Assembly (NCBI GenBank): GCA_038850515.1
Contig: JAWCLV010000002.1
Span: 1,966-65,965 of the forward strand
Direction of reading: 5' to 3'
Origin: Candidatus Bathyarchaeia archaeon
Lineage (GTDB): Archaea > Thermoproteota > CALKCG01 > B24 > JAGTQN01
DNA: 64,000 bases
Position numbers and translations under genes: made by a program
The notes under the pieces: model-generated
Databases searched by the model: none
The model's input: the letters and a program-made list of their open reading frames with translations, nothing else
What the model was told of the DNA's origin: nothing
Shown: positions 17,081 through 25,978 of the stretch, in pieces
Numbering within the stretch: the stretch's first letter is position 1
Layout: every line of letters begins with the position of its first letter

Positions 17081-17251
17081 GGGGCCGTGGTCTAGCCTCA
17101 GCCAAGGATGGCTGCTAGACAGGTATGACGACAAGGACCCCTCGTCAAGGGCTCCAGAAGGCGCGATTTACCGACCCTAGGTTAGGGATGAAGAGGTTCT
17201 GGAGCGCGTGAGGACACCCGTATGTCGCCGGATCGAAGCCGGCCGGCCCCA
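17081..17251 (+). tRNA. intron-containing tRNA gene (171 nt), tentatively tRNA-Trp(CCA); exon structure only partly resolved
   Basis: Acceptor GGGGCCG (17081-87) pairs with CGGCCCC (17244-50), followed by A73. T-arm is GCCGG-ATCGAAG-CCGGC. D-stem is GTCT/AGAC. A CTCCAGA loop lies at 17152-58. About 95 nt is surplus over a mature tRNA. Confidence 0.65.
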
Positions 17252-17412
17252 CTTCTTATTCATTGATCTTTTCTTAGGCAACCTAACGTTCGCACAGTCT
17301 GATTATTTATTCCCAATTTATAATAAGACCTACGAAAAAATTTGCCTGAAGATTCTTATTTTTCATGAAACCTTAACTTGAAATAAAGTCCCCTTAATGA
17401 CTTGGAGGGAAT

Positions 17413-19077
17413 ATGGTATCCGATGGAATCCTTTTCCAAAATGCAAAGGTTATCGATGGATCTGGAAACCCTTGGTTCAGGGCGGATGTGGCTGTCGAGG
17501 GAAGCTTCATAGTAGACATAGGAAAAGGCCTGAAAAATCCTGGAAGGATCATCGATGTCGAAGGGCTTATTCTTTCCCCTGGATTCGTGAATATCCATGG
17601 GCATTCAGACAGCACAATCTTAATGAATCCTCGATCGGAAAGCCTCCTCATGCAGGGCGTTACAACAGAAGTTATAGGAAACTGTGGCTACAGTCTTGCT
17701 CCATTAAAGGAAGGGACGAAAAAACTAGTAATAGAAAATTTCCCCTTTCCTCTGGAAGGCCTGAAGATCTCGTGGCATAGCTTCGGGGAATATTTGAAGG
17801 CGATAGAGGATGCGCATCCCTCCTTAAACATTGTATCCCTTATCGGCCACGGAACGATAAGGTTGGCAGTTATAGGAATGGAGGCTCGAAGACCTACTAA
17901 GGACGAGCTTGATGAAATGAAGGCCCTTATAGCTAAGGCTATGGAAGATGGGGCCTTTGGTTTATCTTCAGGCCTCGCCTATCCTCCTGGCTTTTTCGCA
18001 GATACGGAGGAACTCGTCGAGCTATGCAAAGTTGTTGCTGATTACGGAGGCTTCTATGCCACCCACATACGAGGAGAAAAGGATATGGACTTCCTTAAGG
18101 CTTTAAAAGAAGCCCTCGAAATAGGCGAAAGGTCTGGAACGTCTGTCCAAATTTCTCATATTGAAACTCACTATCCATCCTTCGGGAGGCAGAAGGATGC
18201 ACTAAGGCTTCTTGAGGAAGCGAGAATAAGGGGCTTGGATGTTACATGCGACGTCCCGCCTTACCTTTACGCCTATACGGCCCTCTACTCCCTTCTTCCT
18301 GAATGGATGCATGAAGGAGGCCCTGAGGCTCTCCTGAGGCGCCTTTCCGATCCGAAGCTCCGGGAAAAGGCAATTCTAGAAATAGAGACATACCCAGCCA
18401 AAACGGCTGCTAGGGCGATGGCAAAGGATGGAAAATGGGATAAGATCTTTCTTTCATCATGTCCTAGAAGGGTGGACCTTGAGGGAAAAAGCCTTCTAGA
18501 AGTCTCCAGCCTCATGGGAAGGAAGCCCCTAGAAGCTGTTCTTGACCTTCTTGGCTTAGGGCCTCCCTTTCCTACGATAATGATGGAGGTCCATTCCGAG
18601 GAGGATATAAGGGAAGTCCTTAGGCATGAGACTTCCATGATTGAGACGGACTTCTACTCAGGTCCCGTAGGCATCGGTAAGGCGCATCCCAGGGGCTATG
18701 GAACTTTCCCAATGATTTTTAGGAAGTATGTGAGGGGTGAAACGAGGCTTGAGATGCCTAAAGAAAAAGGGGAGAAGCTTCTGAGCCTAGAGGAAGCCGT
18801 AAGGAAGATGACTTCCTTTCCAATGCAAAGGCTTGGGATCTGGGATAGAGGCATCGTAAGAAAGGGAATGAGAGCCGATATAACGATTTTTGACCCGAAA
18901 AAGATCATGGATAGGGCTACTTACGAGAATCCTGAAGCCTATCCACAAGGCATAGAGTATGTCCTCGTGAACGGCCAGATGGTTGTCGAGGAAGGGACCT
19001 TTAGGGGCATAAGGCCAGGTAGCGTAATTCGAAGGAATGAAGGGCGAAGGTCCTTTGATTTTGCCAGAAAGTTTTGA
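17413..19077 (+). CDS. N-acyl-D-amino-acid deacylase (D-aminoacylase) family amidohydrolase
   Basis: 554 aa. GFVNIHGHSD metal-binding motif and the family's typical length and C-terminal beta domain. Confidence 0.75.
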   Translation: MVSDGILFQNAKVIDGSGNPWFRADVAVEGSFIVDIGKGLKNPGRIIDVEGLILSPGFVNIHGHSDSTILMNPRSESLLMQGVTTEVIGNCGYSLAPLKEGTKKLVIENFPFPLEGLKISWHSFGEYLKAIEDAHPSLNIVSLIGHGTIRLAVIGMEARRPTKDELDEMKALIAKAMEDGAFGLSSGLAYPPGFFADTEELVELCKVVADYGGFYATHIRGEKDMDFLKALKEALEIGERSGTSVQISHIETHYPSFGRQKDALRLLEEARIRGLDVTCDVPPYLYAYTALYSLLPEWMHEGGPEALLRRLSDPKLREKAILEIETYPAKTAARAMAKDGKWDKIFLSSCPRRVDLEGKSLLEVSSLMGRKPLEAVLDLLGLGPPFPTIMMEVHSEEDIREVLRHETSMIETDFYSGPVGIGKAHPRGYGTFPMIFRKYVRGETRLEMPKEKGEKLLSLEEAVRKMTSFPMQRLGIWDRGIVRKGMRADITIFDPKKIMDRATYENPEAYPQGIEYVLVNGQMVVEEGTFRGIRPGSVIRRNEGRRSFDFARKF

Positions 19078-19142
19078 AGATGTCGGTGCCAATAAGGATT
19101 AAGAGAAACATTGGATGAAGAAGTAAAAAAGAAGGGATTATC

Positions 19143-20063
19143 ATGAAGCGTTTGGGAAAAGAGAGGCTCCATTTTACTATAGGACCCTATAACGAGCCAG
19201 GATTAAGGGTAAAGCCAGGGGAAACCTTTATCGTCGAAACGGAAGATGCCTTCATAGGAATGATTAGAAAACAAGGAGATTGGAAAGACAATTCGAGGAT
19301 TCCATGGGGCAATCCAGTAAGCGGTCCAATATATATTGAAGGGGCGGAGAAGGGGGATACCCTCCTCATAGACGTGAAGGAGATCAAGCCCCTTATTGGG
19401 CAAGGGGCTACCCGCGTTGCTTCTTTGGCAATCCTTAGTGGGGTCGTACCCTTAGAGCGGTTTCTGAAGACCGAAATTCCTCGAAAGGTTTGGATATGCC
19501 CCATAAGAAACGGATTCGTCTACTGGAGGGAAGATCTACCTTTACCCTATAAGCCCATGATAGGTACCATCGGAACGGCTCCTGAAAACCAAGCCATTTC
19601 CACAGGCCTGGCAGGACCCCATGGAGGAAACCTTGACCTGCCCGACATTTGTCCAGGAAACAGGCTTTTCCTTCCTGTCTTCGTTGAGGGAGCCTTACTC
19701 CATGTAGGGGATGTTCATGCCCTTCAGGGGGATGGGGAGCTTTGCGGTACGGCCATCGAGATGCCAGCCGAGATTACTCTAACCATCGACCTGATAAAAG
19801 GGAAGAGGATTGCATGGCCAAGGATAGAGTCCGAAAAATACATAATGGCTGTAGGCGTAGGAAAACCATTAGAAGATGCCATAAGGATTGCCTTCTCCCA
19901 GCTCATCTTCTGGCTTGAAGAAGAATACAGCTTCGATATCTTGGATGCCTATAATCTATGTACCCATGTAGCGGAAATTGGAATAGGATACTATCTCCAA
20001 TCGTCCGTGGCCGCGAGGTTTCCAAAGGATTACCTACCCGAGAAAAGAGGCAATTTAAGATAG
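19143..20063 (+). CDS. acetamidase/formamidase family protein
   Basis: 306 aa. The N-terminus (HFTIGPYNEP...PGETFIVETEDA), GNPVSGPIYIEGAEKGD and GDVHALQGDGE are typical of the FmdA/AmdA family. Confidence 0.75.
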   Translation: MKRLGKERLHFTIGPYNEPGLRVKPGETFIVETEDAFIGMIRKQGDWKDNSRIPWGNPVSGPIYIEGAEKGDTLLIDVKEIKPLIGQGATRVASLAILSGVVPLERFLKTEIPRKVWICPIRNGFVYWREDLPLPYKPMIGTIGTAPENQAISTGLAGPHGGNLDLPDICPGNRLFLPVFVEGALLHVGDVHALQGDGELCGTAIEMPAEITLTIDLIKGKRIAWPRIESEKYIMAVGVGKPLEDAIRIAFSQLIFWLEEEYSFDILDAYNLCTHVAEIGIGYYLQSSVAARFPKDYLPEKRGNLR

Positions 20064-20129
20064 TGGAATTAAATTAAAGGGAATTCCTTTGCTCGAGTTT
20101 TCTTGAATCGATAATACAGTAAACTTCCT

Positions 20130-21734
20130 CTATCTAAGACGACCCTTATGCTTGAACTGGGCTTCAAAGAGTCTTCGAACCGTTTCCAAAGTATCGACAT
20201 CTTTGGGAGACTTGTCATCCCTTATCCTCACTATTCTGGCGAACCTAAGGGCGTAACCAGACCTGTATCGGGGACTTCTTTGGACTTCGTTAAAGGCAAC
20301 TTCTACAACGACTTCAGGCTTTACTGTTACTGTATGCTCCGTTTCCGAAACCTTTAGGCTCAAAAGCCTCTTTGTCATCTCCTCGAATTCCTCATCCTTA
20401 AGCCCCTTGAAAGTCTTTCCTACGAGTTCATAGCGTCCTGAAACCTCATCGAAGGCCGCCAAATAATAGTCGCTAAGCCAGCCTTGACGCCTTCCATAGC
20501 CCCAATCGGCAGCCACGATAATGAGGTCCAAACGATGGAAAGGCTTGATCTTGAACCAATACTTGCTTCTTTTTCCAGGGGAATAGGGGCTTGTTAGTGC
20601 TTTGGCCATAAGCCCTTCATGGCCAGCCTCCATAGCTTCCTTAAGGAAGGCCATCGCCTCCTCAGGATCCGAAGTTATAATACGTTTTGCTAAGTACTTC
20701 TCCGGGCATATACTCCTAAGATGGTTCCAACGATCTTCATAGGCTTCATCGATTAGGCTCTTTTCCCCTAGACGTAGTATATCGAATAGGTAAAGCCTCA
20801 ATGGTATCTCCGATGCCTTTTCTTCCACTTCCTTTACCCTCCTGAACCTTCGCATGAGATCCTGAAAAGGTAGAGGCTTCGAAGATGAGTCCATAGCCAA
20901 AACTTCTCCTTCTACGATATACTCATCTGCCGAAAGTTCGTTAAGGGCTATTTCAAGGATTTCAGGAAGACTTTCCGTTACATCGCTCAGCCTCCGACTG
21001 AAGATACGCACTTTTGAACCCTTTCTATGGATCTGGATACGGGCTCCATCAAACTTGTATTCGAAGGCTGTTATGCCCCCATGCTCTGCTAGAACTTCAC
21101 TTACATCGTAGGACATTTCTGCCAGCATGGGCTTAATCGCCCGAAAAGGCTCCAAGCCTATCTTCGAAAGGCCTAAGGCTCCATCTGAGAGGGCAATGGA
21201 AGCGATCTTACCTAGGTCTCCGGTCAAGGTGTAAGCCCTTTGCACGAGTTCTTCCGAAACCCCAGAAGCCTTAGCTATGGCATCGAGCATTATTCCCTCA
21301 TTAACACCGTGCTGCATTTCACCGAAAATATTCTTGAGGATCCATTTCGCTTCGAGCTCCGTCGATTGGGCGAGAAGGCCCTCTAAGAGAGCCTTCTTTC
21401 TTCCCCGGGAACCCGGACCTTTTGTATTAGCGATCCTTTCGAAGCTCTCCCTTACGGCTTTTATGGTCAGGGGAGCCTCCAGAAGCCTCCCCTGCCTTCC
21501 CGCCTTTAAAGCCGATGAGACGATGGTGTAGCCAAGTTCAAGAGGCTTAGAATCCGCCTCAGGGAATATCCAACCAATGATGAGGGGGATGGCAGGGGCA
21601 ATCTCATCCGGGCTTAAGGATCGCAGAAACTTGCCTATCATAGCTACCTTCTCGTTCCTTTTTGTAGTCCCTTCGAGGGCTTCACAAAGTTTTGCAAGGC
21701 TTAAAAAGGGTTCCAAGCTTAGGCCAATCCCCAT
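20130..21734 (-). CDS. lig: ATP-dependent DNA ligase
   Basis: 534 aa. Motif I EYKFDGARIQIH, and downstream ligase motifs (EGEVLA, LYLFDIL, EGLMAK, WFKIKP). Confidence 0.9.
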   Translation of the reverse strand: MGIGLSLEPFLSLAKLCEALEGTTKRNEKVAMIGKFLRSLSPDEIAPAIPLIIGWIFPEADSKPLELGYTIVSSALKAGRQGRLLEAPLTIKAVRESFERIANTKGPGSRGRKKALLEGLLAQSTELEAKWILKNIFGEMQHGVNEGIMLDAIAKASGVSEELVQRAYTLTGDLGKIASIALSDGALGLSKIGLEPFRAIKPMLAEMSYDVSEVLAEHGGITAFEYKFDGARIQIHRKGSKVRIFSRRLSDVTESLPEILEIALNELSADEYIVEGEVLAMDSSSKPLPFQDLMRRFRRVKEVEEKASEIPLRLYLFDILRLGEKSLIDEAYEDRWNHLRSICPEKYLAKRIITSDPEEAMAFLKEAMEAGHEGLMAKALTSPYSPGKRSKYWFKIKPFHRLDLIIVAADWGYGRRQGWLSDYYLAAFDEVSGRYELVGKTFKGLKDEEFEEMTKRLLSLKVSETEHTVTVKPEVVVEVAFNEVQRSPRYRSGYALRFARIVRIRDDKSPKDVDTLETVRRLFEAQFKHKGRLR

Positions 21735-21804
21735 ATTGATAAAAGAATAATGGGGATAAAAGAATAAGGGGCAACGAAGACGGGGATAAGATGCTTAGAG
21801 ATGC

Positions 21805-22854
21805 TTAGGATCTTCGTTTAGAAAATCCTTTGAGAATGGCTTCTTCACAGACTTCTAAAGCATAGTCAATATCTTCCTTCGTTATACCCATATGCGTAAC
21901 CATCCGAATCCTTCTTCCGAAGGCTAAGGCCTTTACACCCCTTTGGCTTAGTGCCTCTAAGAATTCATGGGGCTTTAGATCAAAGTTCTCCAATTCAAAA
22001 AAGACGATATTCGTCTGAACCCTTTTCAAGTCTATTGCTATCCCTGGAATCTTCGAAAGACCTATGGCTAGGCGCTTGGCGTTTTCATGATCCTCCGCAA
22101 GTCTTCCGACCATCTTTTCGAGAGCAATGATCCCAGGAGCCGCAAGAACTCCGGCCTTCCTCATGCCCCCTCCAAGGATCTTCCTAACCCTCCTTGCCTT
22201 TTCTATGAAATCTTCATTCCCAACAACCAAGGATCCAGCCGGACAGCAAAGTCCCTTGGAAAGGCAGAACATGACAGAATCGACCGGCTTTGCAAGCTCC
22301 CTAGCTTCCGTTCTTAAAGCTACGGAGGCGTTGAAAATACGGGCTCCATCCATATGGACAGCCAAGCCATGGTCCTTGGCTAGGTCCCCGATGGCTTTTA
22401 TGCTTTCAGGAGGCCAGCATGTTCCTCCAGCTAGGTTATGGGTATTCTCGATGCAAATCAGGCTTGTCCTCGGTTGGTGAATGTCGGGAGGCCTTATGGC
22501 TTCTTCTACATCCCTTGGGTCGAGGATTCCTAGCCTTCCTGGTACAAGCCTCGGCATAAGACCTGCTATGGAAGAAAGACCTCCAACTTCGAAATGATAT
22601 ATATGGGCATCTGCCTCAAGGATCACTTCATCTCCTCTCTTCGCATGGACCATAAGGGATACAAGGTTGCCTTGGGTTCCACTCGTAACAAGAAGGGCAG
22701 CTTCCTTTCCAAGCTTTTTAGCTGCCAGTTCCTCAAGGGCGTTTACCGTAGGATCCTCACCGAAGTTGTCATCCCCAAGCTTCGCATGGTGTATAGCCTC
22801 TAGCATCTCTTCAGTAGGAAGTGTGACGGTATCGCTCCTAAGGTCAACAATCAA
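21805..22854 (-). CDS. ltaE: low-specificity L-threonine aldolase (PLP-dependent)
   Basis: 349 aa. DLRSDTVTLPTEEM...LGDDNFGEDPTVNALEE...SGTQGNL is the family N-terminus. Confidence 0.8.
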   Translation of the reverse strand: MIVDLRSDTVTLPTEEMLEAIHHAKLGDDNFGEDPTVNALEELAAKKLGKEAALLVTSGTQGNLVSLMVHAKRGDEVILEADAHIYHFEVGGLSSIAGLMPRLVPGRLGILDPRDVEEAIRPPDIHQPRTSLICIENTHNLAGGTCWPPESIKAIGDLAKDHGLAVHMDGARIFNASVALRTEARELAKPVDSVMFCLSKGLCCPAGSLVVGNEDFIEKARRVRKILGGGMRKAGVLAAPGIIALEKMVGRLAEDHENAKRLAIGLSKIPGIAIDLKRVQTNIVFFELENFDLKPHEFLEALSQRGVKALAFGRRIRMVTHMGITKEDIDYALEVCEEAILKGFSKRRS

Positions 22855-23008
22855 TTTTTCAACCCTTCCATTGAAGGGAGGAAATATGAGAAAATTCTCC
22901 CGATCGCTCTTCTAAAAAGCTTTCTAATCAAGGCGTAAATTAAGGCAATAAAATAGAAATCTTTGGAATCATAGAAGAGCACGTTTCGGATAAGATATAG
23001 TAAAAAAA

Positions 23009-23017
23009 TTTATAAAA
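23009..23017 (+). promoter_or_regulatory. TATA box upstream of tRNA-Tyr
   Basis: TTTATAAAA ends 24 nt before position 1 of the tRNA. Confidence 0.45.
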
Positions 23018-23041
23018 GCCTCTACTACTTCCTTTAATGGT

Positions 23042-23186
23042 CCCGCGGTAGCTCAGCCTGGAAGAGCTTCCGATCCGGCATAAACCGGAGAAGATGCTGT
23101 AGACTTCGCCAATTCTTGGCGGAGCCATTCAGCCTTCTAGGCTAACAGAAACCGGAGCGTCCCCGGTTCAAATCCGGGCCGCGGGA
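23042..23186 (+). tRNA. tRNA-Tyr(GTA) with two BHB introns (23073-23095 at position 30/31; 23103-23150 at canonical position 37/38)
   Basis: The C1:G72 acceptor (CCCGCGG/CCGCGGG, A73) is the archaeal Tyr identity pair. D-arm is GCTC-AGCCTGGAA-GAGC and T-arm is CCCGG-TTCAAAT-CCGGG. The spliced anticodon arm is TCCGG-CTGTAGA-CCGGA. Exons total 74 nt, and 74+23+48 = 145 nt, the genomic length. Confidence 0.85.
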
Positions 23187-23262
23187 TACCTTTTCTAATA
23201 TTCTGATGAAGAAAATAAAATTCTTCTTATAAGACAATTCGATTAGTTATCCTTGATAGATT

Positions 23263-24015
23263 ATGTCTTCCATAGATGCCTATATAAGGAGCTGGAGGCA
23301 AAGCCTTCCGACAAAAAGCCATGGAACTTTGATCGAAAGAAGGATTTTCTCGAGGATAAACCTAGGTAACCCATCGGAGCCAGGAGCCGTTATGCAGCAT
23401 GTCAAAAGCTTCTCAAGGGCTATTCTCGATGGAGGCGTTTCGACGACACCTACTATTCACGAAACGGAACAGGAGGTTCTTTATGTCGTTATGGGCGAGG
23501 GAAGGATAGAAGCCGAAGGGTTGGTGGAGAAAATCTGGGAAGGCTCATGCATTCTTATTCCGCCGAAGGTTTGCCACACGATCGTGAATGAAGGCAAGGA
23601 CCCCCTTGAGCTTCTTATCGTTACGGAGGATGTGCCCAAAGAAGCCTTCGATAAAGTTTCAAAGAAAGCCATCGTTCGAAACTATCATGAACTTCCAGTA
23701 AGCGTTGGTGGGCACTGGTGCCACATATCGAGGAAGCTCTTCGGAAGCGAAGACGGGCTCGTTACGCTCCATAGTGTTCTCGTGGTATCCATCGATGGTA
23801 TGAACATAGGGGAACCGCATCCCCATGGGCCAGGAACAGATGAAGTCTGGTACCAGCTGAAGGGGACTAGCCTCCTTTTTCTAGGAAGAGAGATAAGGAG
23901 ACAACATCCAGGGGAGGCCTTCATGATACCTCCTGACGGCAAGACACCCCATTCTTCCATCAACGACACCGATGAAACCATGTGGTGGTTCTACTTCGCC
24001 CATTATGGTAAATAG
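23263..24015 (+). CDS. bicupin-like protein
   Basis: 250 aa with two cupin-type segments (VLYVVMGEGRIEAEG...CHTIVNEG and GEPHPHGPGTDEVWYQLKG...HSSIN). Confidence 0.55.
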   Translation: MSSIDAYIRSWRQSLPTKSHGTLIERRIFSRINLGNPSEPGAVMQHVKSFSRAILDGGVSTTPTIHETEQEVLYVVMGEGRIEAEGLVEKIWEGSCILIPPKVCHTIVNEGKDPLELLIVTEDVPKEAFDKVSKKAIVRNYHELPVSVGGHWCHISRKLFGSEDGLVTLHSVLVVSIDGMNIGEPHPHGPGTDEVWYQLKGTSLLFLGREIRRQHPGEAFMIPPDGKTPHSSINDTDETMWWFYFAHYGK

Positions 24016-24367
24016 ATAATTTTTTGCCGAAGTATAGTTGGAGGGGCTCATTTAGGAAGACGATACCTACAGTTGAATGCTACGCTTCAAACCTTCTAAT
24101 ATTCCTATTTCTATCTCAGGAAGCTTAGGCATCTTAATTATCCATGACATAACATAATATGCTCATCGATAAGCTTAATCAAAAGATCATGCCATAGGAT
24201 CCCTCCTCCTTAGGCAAATCCATATGGGAGATAATTTCTAAAATCATCAATGAAGGCTTCTCTCAAATTGCTTAAGGCAATAAATAACCTGAAAGCGAGG
24301 TTGCTGAGGTTCAGCCACCATAGTTTTTAAGAATCTATGAAGGTTAACAATAATAGGGGTCCTTTTA

Positions 24368-24832
24368 TTGAGGGAATTAGATGATCTTGACCTGCGCATT
24401 TTATCAACTTTGCAGCGAAATGCCCGCTCTTCCTTCTCTTCCATTGCAAAGGCCTTGGGCGTTAGTGAAGGAACAGTCCATCTAAGGGTGAAGAAGCTCT
24501 TAAAGAAGGGAATCATAAAGGGATTCTTTTCAATCCTAAATCCCGAGAAGCTGGGAATAGGTATGAAAGCAATAATATGCCTGAAGGCAGATCCTCAACG
24601 TTATGAAGAAGTCCTAAAGTCCCTTTTAGACATCCCTGACATCCACGAGATCTATGATGTAACTGGGGAGTTCTACTCGGTGCTTAAAGTAAGGACTAAG
24701 AACAAGGAAAGCCTAGCTCAAGTAATCGATAGGATAGGAAGGATACCGGGCATTACATCGACAAGTACGATGGTAGTCCTCAGGTCCGTAAAGGAGGAGC
24801 TCCTCCTTAACCTCGAGGAACTCAGGACATGA
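24368..24832 (+). CDS. Lrp/AsnC family transcriptional regulator
   Basis: 154 aa. LDDLDLRILSTLQRNARSSFSSIAKALGVSEGTVHLRVKKL is an HTH, followed by a RAM domain. Confidence 0.8.
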   Translation: MRELDDLDLRILSTLQRNARSSFSSIAKALGVSEGTVHLRVKKLLKKGIIKGFFSILNPEKLGIGMKAIICLKADPQRYEEVLKSLLDIPDIHEIYDVTGEFYSVLKVRTKNKESLAQVIDRIGRIPGITSTSTMVVLRSVKEELLLNLEELRT

Positions 24833-24990
24833 AAGGGTCCAAGGCAAAGGAATAAGTCCTCGAGTTTCATAAAATCCTGAGGCTCCATAGAAAGACTGAC
24901 GAGAATCCCCATGAAAAATAGCGATTAAAAGCATGGAATAATGGAAAAATCTTTTTCTTAGAGAACAAAAATCTCCATGGTATCCAGCAT

Positions 24991-25401
24991 ATGGCAATAG
25001 ATGCAGATAGGCTAAGGCGTTGGAGGCGAAGGGGATTCTATTCGGAACAGGCATTAGTAAAGAGACTTCTTTCAAAAAAATATGGAGCAGTTCGAATCCC
25101 ATGCTCTAATCCTTCGCAAGAATATCTTCCTGATGTTTTCGCCTCGAAGGATGGGGAAGTTTATGCCTTTGAAGTGAAGAAGCAGAGGCATTACGTATAC
25201 ATTCGGAAGGATCAGATAAGGAAGCTCTTCGACTTTCTGGACCTCATTCCAATCCATGAATCCCACAAGCATGCCATAATAGCCTGCCACTTTGGGAAGA
25301 AGTGGAAGTTCCAAGAGATAAAGAAGGAAGATTTTGAGAGACTCGAAGAAGAAGAGCCTCTAAGGATCACGAAGTCGAGCCGTGGTAATTGGAAGCCTTA
25401 A
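24991..25401 (+). CDS. hjc: Holliday junction resolvase Hjc/Hje family (PD-(D/E)xK)
   Basis: 136 aa. RRGFYSEQALVKRLLSKKYGAVRIP...LPDVFASKDGEVYAFEVKK reproduces the Hjc E...PD...E-x-K pattern. Confidence 0.7.
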   Translation: MAIDADRLRRWRRRGFYSEQALVKRLLSKKYGAVRIPCSNPSQEYLPDVFASKDGEVYAFEVKKQRHYVYIRKDQIRKLFDFLDLIPIHESHKHAIIACHFGKKWKFQEIKKEDFERLEEEEPLRITKSSRGNWKP

Positions 25402-25421
25402 AATTGGCTTTAGCTTTCTCT

Positions 25422-25820
25422 TCAACTTTGAGGCCCCCTCGCATGACTACGCTTCTTTGAGCCCTCTGGAATCTTTCTTTGTTTTTCTTCGGCACTCCTA
25501 GCCTTTATGATAAAGGCTCCAGAATCGATCGCGAGCCACGATATCCTATCGCCAGGTTTTAGACCCATAGCCCTAGCGATTTCTTCCGGAACCGTAGTAG
25601 CAAAGGGGCTGTTTCCAATAGGCCGGGTAAGGGTGTAAAAGACTGGAAAAGTTCCCGAACTCCCCTTGGACTCTGTAACCTTCTCCATAACCTGGATGGC
25701 TAAACTTCTCTTCAAAAGATCAAGGTTGACAGAGAAAACATAACCCCTCTCCTCAAGAAGGGCCCTTGCTAGAAGGACAACTCGATTGAAGATGGAGCTT
25801 AATTCTCCAATTTCACTCAT
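25422..25820 (-). CDS. hypothetical protein with C-terminal AbrB/SpoVT-like segment
   Basis: 132 aa. TVPEEIARAMGLKPGDRISWLAIDSGAFIIKA resembles a swapped-hairpin DNA-binding fold. Confidence 0.4.
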   Translation of the reverse strand: MSEIGELSSIFNRVVLLARALLEERGYVFSVNLDLLKRSLAIQVMEKVTESKGSSGTFPVFYTLTRPIGNSPFATTVPEEIARAMGLKPGDRISWLAIDSGAFIIKARSAEEKQRKIPEGSKKRSHARGPQS

Positions 25821-25978
25821 ATTTTATCCCCTTATGTAATTACTTCGTATAATACTCTGTATTTAAAGGGATAGTCATCTAAGATGAGGGGGAGATGAAA
25901 GGAAAAAATTTCCGCCGGTTTACAATGATTAGAAAAAGGAATTCAAGGTTAAGGCTTCCCGTAATCTATTCGGAACGC

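Noticed and set aside
17124-17211. A canonical box C/D sRNA embedded in the tRNA at 17081
   Set aside because: Box-like strings exist: ATGACGA, CCGA, GGGATGA and GTGA. However, the C-D' spacing is 39 nt and the C'-D spacing is 16 nt, against ~12 nt expected. Every box also has a mismatch. Only the 9-nt complementarity is solid.
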